A DNA stretch of 64,000 nt from an uncultured Clostridia bacterium (GCA_947584415.1 CANPWN010000004.1:22110-86109), one strand, 5' to 3'. Numbered from the stretch's first letter, positions 9,995-18,774 are shown. The notes: generated by a model not told the origin, from the letters alone. Program-made: numbers and translations.

Positions 9995-10871
9995 GAAAGG
10001 TTTAGGAAGAGGACTTGAAAGCCTGTTTGCAATGTATGATGAAGAGGTTGAGCAAACAGCACAAGGAACTGCCCCAGTTCAATCAAAACAGCCTGAAAAC
10101 ATTTCAATTTCCCTTATTAAAGCAAATCCAAATCAGCCTAGAAAACATTTTGACCCAGATGCTTTAAATGAACTTGCCACATCAATTAAGGCTCACGGAA
10201 TTATTCAACCACTTGTTTTAAATGATAATAATGATGGAACATATATGATTATTGCGGGCGAAAGGCGTTTCCGTGCGGCGAAACTTGCTGGGCTTACTGA
10301 AGTTCCTGCCATTATAAAAAATTACTCTGATAGACAAATAAAAGAAATATCCATTATTGAAAACCTGCAAAGAGAGGATTTAAATCCTATTGAGGCGGCT
10401 AGAGCAATAAAACAACTTATGGAAGAATATAAACTTACACAAGAGGCTGTTTCAGAGCGGATTGGCAAAAGCAGGTCAAATATAGCAAACTCACTTAGAC
10501 TTCTCACTCTTTATCCAGAAGTTTTAAATATGGTTGAAAGCGGAGCTTTGTCTGCAGGACATGCGAGGGCTTTAGTGGTTGTTGACAACCACATCTCACA
10601 AATTAAGCTTGCAAACCAGGCTGTTAAAGATAAATGGAATGTTCGTGACTTGGAAAGAGCGGTAAAAAGAACTCAACATCCCGAATCTAAAACAAGGCCG
10701 GCTGCAAATCAATCTTTGGAATTAAAAGATTTACTTAAAGGACTTGAAAGAGCTTTTGGGACAAAAGTGTCGGCAATAGGCAACGACAAAAAAGGCAGAA
10801 TATATATTGACTACTATTCTCGAGATGATTTGGATAGAATTGCAGACATTATCACTCTTATAAATAAGTAA
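9987..10871 (+). CDS. parB: Chromosome partitioning protein ParB/Spo0J
   Basis: IQPLVL and GERRFRAAKLAG ParB box plus an HTH. It overlaps the parA stop. Confidence 0.9.
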   Translation: MVKKGLGRGLESLFAMYDEEVEQTAQGTAPVQSKQPENISISLIKANPNQPRKHFDPDALNELATSIKAHGIIQPLVLNDNNDGTYMIIAGERRFRAAKLAGLTEVPAIIKNYSDRQIKEISIIENLQREDLNPIEAARAIKQLMEEYKLTQEAVSERIGKSRSNIANSLRLLTLYPEVLNMVESGALSAGHARALVVVDNHISQIKLANQAVKDKWNVRDLERAVKRTQHPESKTRPAANQSLELKDLLKGLERAFGTKVSAIGNDKKGRIYIDYYSRDDLDRIADIITLINK

Positions 10872-10889
10872 AATAAACAAACAAAAAAA

Positions 10890-10905
10890 TGTTTCATGTG
10901 AAACA
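10890..10905. promoter_or_regulatory. parS site 1
   Basis: TGTTTCATGTGAAACA has one mismatch to the consensus TGTTNCACGTGAAACA. It lies 19 nt after the parB stop. Confidence 0.8.
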
Positions 10906-10928
10906 TTTTTTTATTAACCAAAGACAAA

Positions 10929-10944
10929 TGTTTCATGTGAAACA
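10929..10944. promoter_or_regulatory. parS site 2
   Basis: An identical 16-mer sits 39 bp downstream of site 1, within a 22-nt exact direct repeat. Confidence 0.8.
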
Positions 10945-11083
10945 TTTGTTTTATTGAAATAAACGAACTGGAGAAACAAACAAACTGAAGGTGGCAAATT
11001 GGAGTAAATAAAAAATTAATTAAACAAATAAAAATGTTATATAAACATAACAAAAGGTGTTTAATAATTATATGTTAAAATGT

Positions 11084-11112
11084 TTGACTTAAAGTATTAT
11101 AAGTGATAAAAT
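11084..11112 (+). promoter_or_regulatory. Promoter of rubrerythrin gene
   Basis: TTGACT at 11084-11089, a 17-nt spacer, and TAAAAT at 11107-11112. Confidence 0.5.
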
Positions 11113-11138
11113 ATACTTGGTTAATAAGGAGGATAACT

Positions 11139-11684
11139 ATGGATAAAATTAAAAAGAATTCAAAAACATGGAAAAATTTAATGGAGGCTTTTGCTGGTGA
11201 GAGCCAGGCAAGAAACAAGTATACTTACTTTGCTTCTAAGGCAAGAAAAGAAGGATATGAGCAAATTGGCGAAATTTTTGAAGAAACTGCAAACAATGAA
11301 AAAGAACATGCAAAAATCTGGTTTAAGTATCTTAACGGCGGAGATGTTCCAACAACATTAGACAATCTTTTGGCTGCTGCAAGTGGAGAGCATGGCGAGT
11401 GGACAGAGATGTATGAGAGAATGGCTAAGGAGGCAAAAGAAGAAGGATACGAAGAGCTTGCCTATAAATTTAAGGCAGTTGCCGCTATCGAAAAAAGACA
11501 TGAAGAAAGATATAATGAACTTGCAAAGTTTGTTAAAGCCGGAAAGGTTTTCAAAAAGACTGGAAAGAAAATTTGGATTTGCAGAAATTGTGGACATGTT
11601 TATGTTGGAAACGAGGCTCCAAAAGTTTGCCCTGTTTGCAACCATCCGCAAGCATATTTTGAAATTCTTTCAGAAGAATTTTAA
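11139..11684 (+). CDS. rbr: Rubrerythrin
   Basis: N-terminal diiron ferritin-like domain ([32 protein letters not shown]). C-terminal rubredoxin-like CRNCG..CPVC. AAGGAGG precedes ATG 11139. Confidence 0.9.
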   Translation: MDKIKKNSKTWKNLMEAFAGESQARNKYTYFASKARKEGYEQIGEIFEETANNEKEHAKIWFKYLNGGDVPTTLDNLLAAASGEHGEWTEMYERMAKEAKEEGYEELAYKFKAVAAIEKRHEERYNELAKFVKAGKVFKKTGKKIWICRNCGHVYVGNEAPKVCPVCNHPQAYFEILSEEF

Positions 11685-11752
11685 TTGGGCGCTTGGTGTA
11701 GTATAATTAAAAAACGCCAGACGCAAAAAGATAAAATTTGTGGAGAATAAAG

Positions 11753-12475
11753 ATGTATTCCTTAATAATTGCTGCTTGCATGGTGGTGGCACTTGTAGTG
11801 TATTTCGTTCTTAGCAGAAAGTTCAGAACTCCAACCATTACAACGGAAATTTTAGTGACCAAATACAATTCAAAACTTAAAAAGTTAGAAAGGTTTTTTA
11901 ATAAGAATAAAATTGAACTGACAACGGCTGGTTTTGAAAGTCAAATTGAAAAAAGCGAACTAAATTTAGAAAATCTTGAAAAAAATGTCAAAACAATTCA
12001 TATTATTGAACAAAATAGTGAAGTAATTGAAGAAATTTATCTGTCAAACACTGCAGACGAAGTTAAAGAAAAGTTTTCTAAACTTAAGAAGCCTGGCAAA
12101 TTGTGTGAATTTCAAGATGAGTTAAAATGGAACGAAGATGTTAACAATGTTTTTCAAATGCTAGGTTACAACTCCACAAAATTAGATTTTGAACAGCAAA
12201 GATATTTTGGTTCGCAAAACTTTTATAAAATTGAAGATAAATTGGTTTTTGTAAGTAATTTTTCAGCTTTAATTTTAAATTCAAAAAATGTGTTTGATGC
12301 AGAATTTTCTGAATTTCAAATAATTACTGAAAAATTGACCAAAAAAACCGAAAAAAGTGGCCCAAAATATAAAATTATTCTTCAAGCGAAAGGTTTGTCC
12401 CTTTCACCCGAATTGATTGTTACGCAGAAAGAAGGACAAAAAGTTTTAGAAAAATTTAAAAAAGGCTCTGTTTGA
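11753..12475 (+). CDS. Hypothetical N-terminally membrane-anchored protein
   Basis: GGAG precedes ATG 11753. There is one N-terminal TM (LIIAACMVVALVVYFVL). No family was recognised. Confidence 0.5.
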   Translation: MYSLIIAACMVVALVVYFVLSRKFRTPTITTEILVTKYNSKLKKLERFFNKNKIELTTAGFESQIEKSELNLENLEKNVKTIHIIEQNSEVIEEIYLSNTADEVKEKFSKLKKPGKLCEFQDELKWNEDVNNVFQMLGYNSTKLDFEQQRYFGSQNFYKIEDKLVFVSNFSALILNSKNVFDAEFSEFQIITEKLTKKTEKSGPKYKIILQAKGLSLSPELIVTQKEGQKVLEKFKKGSV

Positions 12476-12490
12476 AACAGAGCCTTTTTT
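12464..12490. terminator. Bidirectional intrinsic terminator
   Basis: GGCTCTG (12464-12470) pairs with CAGAGCC (12478-12484), followed by TTTTTT. Confidence 0.7.
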
Positions 12491-12713
12491 AATCTATCCA
12501 CCATACTTTGTCTTGTGTGACCAAAGTGATTATGTCGACGAGCCATAAGAAGAATATTCCTATGAATAAAATTAACACTGCAAGAACTATTCCAACAACA
12601 TTTTTCTTTTCAATGCTGCGGAAAAGCCTATACACAACCCATAGGATGTCTAAGCATGGCAAAGCCAGAACAATTTTTGCCCACTTTGGCAAATCATCAA
12701 ATATTTTTACCAT
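12489..12713 (-). CDS. Small two-TM membrane protein, unknown function
   Basis: A 74-aa ORF with two hydrophobic helices. No family was recognised. Confidence 0.45.
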   Translation of the reverse strand: MVKIFDDLPKWAKIVLALPCLDILWVVYRLFRSIEKKNVVGIVLAVLILFIGIFFLWLVDIITLVTQDKVWWID

Positions 12714-12760
12714 ATTTCACTCCTTCAAAATAATATATATGTTGAAGAAGAATAATTATG

Positions 12761-13594
12761 TTATTTAAAAATCACTTTTATTTTTGCTTCTACATCCATG
12801 TTGCCTTTTAATAGAGTGTTTCCATTTGTTAACATTTTTGCATCTGAAATTCTGTAAGGCAGACAGGTGTAAACGCACTCCTCACAGATGCCGCAAATTG
12901 TTAAGTCGTCGTCCACAAGCGCGGTGGCTTTGTTTTTTGCATCTTCTAAAGCCAGTTTTAAGGCTTCTTGATAATATGAAGATGCGTTTTCGCAGTCAAA
13001 ACTTATGCAGCCCAAGTTGTTTGCGCCGAGTTCAGTCATGTCGGAAATATAAGTGCTGAGGTTATCCAAATCTGAAAATTTGATTTCTAAACCGCTGCTA
13101 ACTTGATATTCCGAAAATTTTTCGCTTGAACTAAAGTCATGCCTTTGATAAATAGAGTAATATTTTGTTTTAATGTTATCTTCACTAATATGGTTTTCTT
13201 TCAAGTAATCAATTATGTTTTCCAGAGCCTCGTTGTTTTGTGTGGTTGCGCTGTTAAGGTCACTGTTAATGCTCTCCACCCCAATTGTTACATAGGCCAC
13301 ATCAGGCACAGCCGAAACTTTGCCCCCGCCAAACACAACAATATGCCTTCTTTTTTGAGGCACAACGCTTTCATCTGTTTGTTGTTCCGCGTTTTCCTCG
13401 GATTCAGCCTCCGTTTCGTCAATAAATTCGGCGGCGTTTTCTTCGTTTTCATAAGTTTGTTCTTCTATAACATCTGGCAGATTTTCTTCCACGCTGGCTT
13501 TAACAGAGGATGGAGAATCTAAAGCCCCCAAGCCTGTTGTTGCGCCAACCACAGCAAGTGTTGTTCCCAATAAAAATAGTGCAGTTTTTTTCAT
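12761..13594 (-). CDS. Secreted SIMPL/DUF541-like protein
   Basis: Signal peptide MKKTALFLLGTTLAVVGA with AGGAGG upstream. The core VPDVAYVTIGVESINSDLNSATTQNNEALENIIDYLKE resembles the SIMPL family. Confidence 0.6.
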   Translation of the reverse strand: MKKTALFLLGTTLAVVGATTGLGALDSPSSVKASVEENLPDVIEEQTYENEENAAEFIDETEAESEENAEQQTDESVVPQKRRHIVVFGGGKVSAVPDVAYVTIGVESINSDLNSATTQNNEALENIIDYLKENHISEDNIKTKYYSIYQRHDFSSSEKFSEYQVSSGLEIKFSDLDNLSTYISDMTELGANNLGCISFDCENASSYYQEALKLALEDAKNKATALVDDDLTICGICEECVYTCLPYRISDAKMLTNGNTLLKGNMDVEAKIKVIFK

Positions 13595-13734
13595 ATTTCC
13601 TCCTAAATACACTGCTAAGTTGTGGAAAAGTTTTGTTTTTATTCCAAAGATATAAAATACGACAAAAATTTTATTTAGATAAATTTTAACTAAGAAAAAT
13701 AAAAATTTTGCACAAAATAATAGAGGATGAGTTT

Positions 13735-14535
13735 ATGGCATACAGTTATAAAACCGCAATTGAATTTGGGCTTGTGTATATTCCGGTGACATTGCAAAGT
13801 TGCGTGAAAACTAAAGATGTTGGGTTTAATATGATTTACAAAAAGACGGGGCAGCGGATAAAATACAAAAAGACATGTGAAAACTGCCCGGCTAATATTT
13901 CAAAGGAAGATATTGTTAAGGGGTATGAATATGAAAAAGGAAAGTATGTGACGCTCACTGATGAGGAACTTGAAAAAATTAAGTCGCCAAAGGACAAGAG
14001 TGTTGCAATTTCAGAATTTGTTAAAATAAGCGAAATTGAGCCAATTTTTTTTGACAAGTCTTTTTATGTGTTGCCGCATGGGGCTGACAAAGCATTTTAT
14101 TTGTTTTTGAAAGCACTTGAAGAGGAAAAGAAAGTGGCTATTTCAAAAACAGTTCTTGGCAGCAAAGAACAGGTGGTTGCAATTCATGTTTCAAATGGCA
14201 AAATGATACTCACAACTCTTCATTTTTATGACGAAGTGCAGGCTGAGCCAGAAGAAAAATATGAAAAGAATATTTCTGCGGGAGAATTGAAACTTGCGAA
14301 AACACTGATTGATAACATGAGCGCAAAATTTGACGCGAGCAAATATCATGATGAATATCGTGAAAAAGTGCTTGAAGCAATTAAAACAAAGGTGAACGGA
14401 CAAAAAATAAAGGCGACAAAACAAAAGAAGTTGCCGCCTAATGTAATAAATTTAATGGATGCGCTGAAGAAAAGTTTGCAAGCGGAAGAGCCTAAAGAAA
14501 AAGGACAACGCAAAAAAGGGTTAAATAAGAACTAA
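13735..14535 (+). CDS. ku: Ku protein (non-homologous end joining)
   Basis: MAYSYKTAIEFGLVYIPVTL..RIKYKKTC..IVKGYEYEKGKYVTLTDEELEKI is a typical bacterial Ku core. The C-terminal tail is basic. Confidence 0.85.
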   Translation: MAYSYKTAIEFGLVYIPVTLQSCVKTKDVGFNMIYKKTGQRIKYKKTCENCPANISKEDIVKGYEYEKGKYVTLTDEELEKIKSPKDKSVAISEFVKISEIEPIFFDKSFYVLPHGADKAFYLFLKALEEEKKVAISKTVLGSKEQVVAIHVSNGKMILTTLHFYDEVQAEPEEKYEKNISAGELKLAKTLIDNMSAKFDASKYHDEYREKVLEAIKTKVNGQKIKATKQKKLPPNVINLMDALKKSLQAEEPKEKGQRKKGLNKN

Positions 14536-15248
14536 ACAATCTTGATTATTACTGAGTCTGGTGAATCAACATCTGTTTCTACTGAAAAAATTAAAACACC
14601 ATTTTCAGTAAAAATCATTGTAAGTGTTGGATTAAATGCAATGTCATTTTCTTCAAATTTTGGTTCTATCAAATTGATAAAGTCATCATACGAGATGCCA
14701 GAAATTTGATAATGGAGTTTTGCGTCATCCAATTCAAGAGGTGCTGCGGTAAGATTATCAGGAAGGTCCAAGGAGAAACCTAAAATTTCCAAAATTTCAT
14801 TGTTAAGAATTTCAATTGGTGAAGGGGTGTAAACTGAAGTTGTGATTGTGAAAATGTAATTGCTTTCTCCGTTTGATATTGAAAAGGTTGTGGTTGTGTC
14901 TTCAACAGTTTTTGAAAAGGAAAGCACTTCGGTGTTTGAATCTTGTGAAAAACCAAGACTGACCAAAGAATTCTTCACCTCAAGACGCAAAGACTCAATA
15001 TCTTCACAGGTAAATTCAAAACCTGTCAAAGTGTTGGTGTTATTTGGTGAATAATTGATTTTTGTTATTTCAACCATCTCAAACGGGAAGAAGGTGTAAT
15101 CAAACATCCCTTCAAGTTTTGCTTCTGCTTCCACATTGTTAGCAGAAGGCTCTTTTGGCGGGGTAGGTGGTGTCTTTTTGCAAGCAGCAAATGCTGGGCA
15201 ACACAGTAAAGATAAAACTAAAATGGTGGTAAAAATTTTCTTTTTCAT
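14532..15248 (-). CDS. Lipoprotein, unknown function
   Basis: The signal peptide carries a lipobox-like AFAAC. Confidence 0.6.
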   Translation of the reverse strand: MKKKIFTTILVLSLLCCPAFAACKKTPPTPPKEPSANNVEAEAKLEGMFDYTFFPFEMVEITKINYSPNNTNTLTGFEFTCEDIESLRLEVKNSLVSLGFSQDSNTEVLSFSKTVEDTTTTFSISNGESNYIFTITTSVYTPSPIEILNNEILEILGFSLDLPDNLTAAPLELDDAKLHYQISGISYDDFINLIEPKFEENDIAFNPTLTMIFTENGVLIFSVETDVDSPDSVIIKIV

Positions 15249-15567
15249 AACTTCATCCTTTGTTTAACGCATAATAGCACAAACAAGTAAATTTAACAAC
15301 AAAATTCGACAAAATTCTACAAAAATTAACGAAATGTTCCAAATTGTTACGCGGCGAATTACAGGTTAAAAAGGCAAATTGCTAACCCGTAAAAATTTTT
15401 TCATCTTTATCCTTTATTGAGGGGTTTTATGGAATAATGGTTTTAATATGGTGCTGATTTGAGTGGCGGCGTGGCAGGGAGTTGACCGCGTCTTTGAAAT
15501 GAAATTTATTTGACTTTTTAATGGTGGTTTGTTAAACTGAATTTAATGTTAAGGTGGAGGTGTAAAT

Positions 15568-15771
15568 ATGCAAGAAGAAGTTATCAGAGATTTTTATGGA
15601 AGAATTTTGGGGCGTATTGAAATCAAACCAAATGGCGACAGGGTTTATAGAGATTTTTATGGACGAATAGTTGCCACATACAAGAAGTCCATGAATAAAA
15701 CAACTGATTTTTATGGCAGAATTATTGGCAGCGGTGATATTGGCTCTGCTCTTTTGCCGGGTATTAAGTAA
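15568..15771 (+). CDS. 67-aa protein with three DFYGRI repeats
   Basis: GGTGGAGG precedes ATG 15568. The motif (R)DFYGRI(L/V/I) occurs 3 times. Confidence 0.55.
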   Translation: MQEEVIRDFYGRILGRIEIKPNGDRVYRDFYGRIVATYKKSMNKTTDFYGRIIGSGDIGSALLPGIK

Positions 15772-15797
15772 TAAACAAACAAATTTATTGAGGAATT

Positions 15798-17165
15798 ATG
15801 GCTAATACAAATCAAGACAAACAAAAATTAAAAAAGGCAATAGAACTTCAAAAGAGGTTGGATGCATTACAACCCGAGTGCCTTTTTAATGTTTATGATT
15901 CAAATGCAGATTGGAATAAAAAAATTTCGGCTCATGAAATTTCGCAAATAATTGATAAAAAATTGGAAAGCGTTATGCCCCATAAAAAAGAGGTTGTTCC
16001 AATAAAAGAAAAGGGCATTGATAAGAAAAACATGGCGGCCTATATTGTATGTTTAATAGTGGGCTTGGTGGGGACAATTTTGTCTGCCTGTTTTTTGAAT
16101 TCTGCGGGCTTAGAAGTGCTTTATGGGGTCGGCGGCGGTGCGGTCATTTTTCTTGCGGGCGTGCTGGGCATAATTAAAGAAATCAGATTGTTTAAAAAGA
16201 ACAATGTCAATATCAAGGAAATTAAGAAAAGAAATGAAGAAAACGAAAGATATAACCTTGAAGTATACCCAAAACTTTTTGAAGAGTTTGAAAAGAAAAA
16301 AAGTGAATATGTAAGAGTTTTTTTGGGTTCGGTTAATGATGCGCACAAAAAGGTCTATGCCATAAGGCAACAAGTTGAAGAACTTAATGTTTTGTCATTT
16401 AAATTTTTGCCTTATGCACAGGATATCTTGGATAACATAATTGATAAGCGGGCGGACAACATAAAAGAGTCCATCAACATTTTGTTGCAAGAACAAGATG
16501 TGAAAGATTTTTCGACAGCGGCAAACAATTTGAATCTTTTATTGAAAAATGGCAGTGCGGTTGGGGTGGCAAATAATTTGGAACCTGAAAAGACGGTTTT
16601 AGAAAACGACCAAGCGGTGACTGAATTTCTTAGTGAAAATGGCGAAAAGGAATATAATAAACTAAACAAAATATGGGACACATCTTGCCAATATAAAAAA
16701 CAAGAATATTTTGAGAAGTTCGCCACCAAACTTACAGAGAGTCGAAAACTAAAATTGTCGACAAATTTGATTTCGCTTGCCCTTTATTATCTTGACAACA
16801 TTGTGCAATCAGACCCGCTTGGTTATAGCAAAAAGGCGGAGTGGGCCGGTTGGCCAAACATCTTTGACAGAAACAAAAATAAGTTTGTTGATTTCCTTTA
16901 CAAATTAAATCATAAACTGCCACATGAAATGGAGCCGGTAATTTACAATGTTATCATCACTTTGTGCATGGATTACAAATTTGAATTTGATGATTTGCCA
17001 TGGCTGTTTGATGCTGATTTTTGGCAACTGCCAGACGAACAGTGCTATGAAGAGTTTAAAAAACATCTTTTTGCGTCAGTTGAGGATATCAAAGAAAAAT
17101 TGCGTAATGTTTTATCTCAAGACTACTTTAAATCCTTAGAAAATGTTGGCTTAGGCTCTAACTAA
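15798..17165 (+). CDS. Hypothetical two-TM membrane protein (455 aa)
   Basis: GAGGA lies upstream. TM helices fall at about residues 80-125. It is tightly linked to the preceding small gene. Confidence 0.6.
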   Translation: MANTNQDKQKLKKAIELQKRLDALQPECLFNVYDSNADWNKKISAHEISQIIDKKLESVMPHKKEVVPIKEKGIDKKNMAAYIVCLIVGLVGTILSACFLNSAGLEVLYGVGGGAVIFLAGVLGIIKEIRLFKKNNVNIKEIKKRNEENERYNLEVYPKLFEEFEKKKSEYVRVFLGSVNDAHKKVYAIRQQVEELNVLSFKFLPYAQDILDNIIDKRADNIKESINILLQEQDVKDFSTAANNLNLLLKNGSAVGVANNLEPEKTVLENDQAVTEFLSENGEKEYNKLNKIWDTSCQYKKQEYFEKFATKLTESRKLKLSTNLISLALYYLDNIVQSDPLGYSKKAEWAGWPNIFDRNKNKFVDFLYKLNHKLPHEMEPVIYNVIITLCMDYKFEFDDLPWLFDADFWQLPDEQCYEEFKKHLFASVEDIKEKLRNVLSQDYFKSLENVGLGSN

Positions 17166-17196
17166 ACGCAATTTGATAAGTTGGGGATAAATTCAC

Positions 17197-17226
17197 TTGA
17201 CAAATGGCACTTTAAAGTGCTATAAT
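17197..17226 (+). promoter_or_regulatory. SigA-type promoter with extended -10
   Basis: TTGACA at 17197-17202, an 18-nt spacer, and TGcTATAAT with the -10 at 17221-17226. Confidence 0.6.
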
Positions 17227-17232
17227 TATGCA

Positions 17233-17399
17233 ACAATTAAATAACACATAAAGACTGAACTGAGAGGTCCTCTCTATGAAGTTCGACCAACCTGCCAAGC
17301 GGTAAGGTGGTAATGAGGAATTGGCAATATGCCAAGACTATGTGGTTTTTTGAAAAGTCGACTCTTAACTCCACATAGGAAATGTGGGGTTATTTTTTT
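17233..17399 (+). promoter_or_regulatory. Riboswitch-like leader with mutually exclusive antiterminator and terminator, class unknown
   Basis: P1 pairs CACAUA (17245-17250) with UAUGUG (17339-17344) and encloses three hairpins at 17262-17274, 17286-17311 and 17321-17335. CUAUGUGG (17338-17345) can alternatively pair with CCACAUAG (17371-17378). The terminator stem pairs 17369-17376 with 17382-17389 and is followed by a U-run. Confidence 0.5.
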
Positions 17400-17417
17400 G
17401 TCATAAAGGAGGAGTAT

Positions 17418-17903
17418 ATGGAAGAAAAATATCAAATTCACAAGAAAAAATGTGATGGAAAGTTTTATGCAATTTTGTCGTTTGACAACAAAACGCTAAG
17501 AGCCGAACTGAAAAGATTGGGACTTGACTTTCAAACAGTTAAAGGGCTATGGAAAGATGAAAAAATCATTGTGTGGAAAACCTGCTATTTATACATGAGT
17601 TTTAAACGCATAATGTTTAAATTAAACACACTTTTCAAACATAAGACCCTTTGTATGGGGCGAAATGTGGGTGACGAATATGATGTCAGGGTTTACCAAT
17701 TTGACGAGACTTGCGAAGAAAAATATAAGTTAATAGATGACTACCTTATTGACACAGTCGTCAGCCTTGTGACCTTTGGAGAACTGTCGCACAATGTGTG
17801 TTTATCCTCGGCAAAATGTTTGATGGGCGCTTATAAAAGAGAGCGCCTTGAAAAAGAGTTGCTTGCGAGAGGAGAGGACAAAAATGAAAAATGTGAGGAT
17901 TGA
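17418..17903 (+). CDS. Hypothetical protein (161 aa)
   Basis: AAGGAGG at 17406-17412 precedes ATG 17418. No family was recognised. Confidence 0.55.
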   Translation: MEEKYQIHKKKCDGKFYAILSFDNKTLRAELKRLGLDFQTVKGLWKDEKIIVWKTCYLYMSFKRIMFKLNTLFKHKTLCMGRNVGDEYDVRVYQFDETCEEKYKLIDDYLIDTVVSLVTFGELSHNVCLSSAKCLMGAYKRERLEKELLARGEDKNEKCED

Positions 17904-18759
17904 CGGAAGATGGTATGTTGGTTTTGACTATTATGATTATATAGCAAATAACCTTAGCCAGTTTGGGTGCGCAATATTTGATAGCGAGGAAAACCCGAAC
18001 ATAGATTTTGAGAGCCTGAAAAAAGAGTTACAGACAAGATTTGGCGCGACACAAAAGATGTTCGCTTATCCGCTGGTGGTTTATAGGAGTAAAGACAAAA
18101 CGCTGCAAACATATTGGACTTTTGTCAATGAGAGTGAGATGTCGCCGGCAATATTTTTTGATTTGGTGAAGATGGCTTGTATCTCGCAGCACTTAAACAA
18201 ATTTTACGCCTGTGATTTTAAGGCGGACAAAATCTATGAGATGACCCCATGGACAATGTGTGAGTTTGGCAAACTAAAGGACTTTAAAAAACTTCTGAGA
18301 CTTGACGGCGAAAACTATATCGTGGGCAAGTGGCTGAAGTGGTGCGGTCCTATTGGCTATTCAAGATATTATAGCCATGCAAAAGTCTTCCGCAATGATA
18401 TTGAAAAAGAATATTATGCGCAATATGGCAAACGCTTGACGCAGTATTGTGACGAAAAACTTGATTTTGACACATTTTATTCGCTAGACGAGTGTGGGGG
18501 TGATGATTATAACCTCAAATTTGACAAAATGACAACTTTGAATTTTGATGTTGACAAGCCGTATTTAAGCATTGATGCAACGAGTTTGCGCGCAAGAAAC
18601 TTGGATGTCAAAACAATTAAGGCGGAGGAAATTTTTTGTGACAAATTAAGGTGCGAAAGCGTGGTGGCGGAGAGAATATATGCCGAAAGCATTGAGTGTC
18701 AAAAATTGAAAGCAAAAACCGTCAAAACCAATTTTGAAGGCGGTATAAAGTTTGTGTAG
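17884..18759 (+). CDS. Hypothetical protein (291 aa), C-terminal short beta-helix-like repeats
   Basis: GAGAGGAGAGG precedes ATG 17884, with a 20-nt overlap with the upstream gene. The C-terminus has periodic hydrophobic repeats (LDVKTIKAEEIFCDKLRCESVVAERIYAESIECQKLKAKTV). Confidence 0.6.
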   Translation: MKNVRIDGRWYVGFDYYDYIANNLSQFGCAIFDSEENPNIDFESLKKELQTRFGATQKMFAYPLVVYRSKDKTLQTYWTFVNESEMSPAIFFDLVKMACISQHLNKFYACDFKADKIYEMTPWTMCEFGKLKDFKKLLRLDGENYIVGKWLKWCGPIGYSRYYSHAKVFRNDIEKEYYAQYGKRLTQYCDEKLDFDTFYSLDECGGDDYNLKFDKMTTLNFDVDKPYLSIDATSLRARNLDVKTIKAEEIFCDKLRCESVVAERIYAESIECQKLKAKTVKTNFEGGIKFV

Positions 18760-18774
18760 GTTTTGTTTGCCATA

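Noticed and set aside
10814-11053. 79-aa minus-strand ORF with repeated MFHMKH.
   Set aside because: The repeat is simply the two parS palindromes translated. The region is intergenic and AT-rich with no SD.
11058-11082. PerR/Fur-like operator upstream of rubrerythrin (TTTAATAATTATATGTTAAAA).
   Set aside because: It is only a loose AT-rich pseudo-palindrome in a very AT-rich spacer and cannot be distinguished from background without a matrix scan.
102-11138. N-terminal extensions given by the ORF track (starts at 102, 3405, 5193, 6505 and 11103; also 11738, 13612, 13708, 17382, 17848, 34688, 47217, 48377, 49761, 54992, 56490, 57413 and 63110).
   Set aside because: In each case an internal ATG preceded by a good SD (or, for mnmE, a promoter) gives the family-typical N-terminus. 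The upstream residues are non-conserved read-through of intergenic sequence or of the previous gene.
17245-17344. Assigning the leader aptamer to a known riboswitch class. Candidates were purine because of GACUAUG, TPP because of CUGAGA and ACCUG, and preQ1-I because of GAGAGG..CCUCUCUAU.
   Set aside because: The matches are short and lack the other invariant elements. The size (100 nt) and four-way junction do not fit those classes. It is left as unknown pending a covariance-model search.
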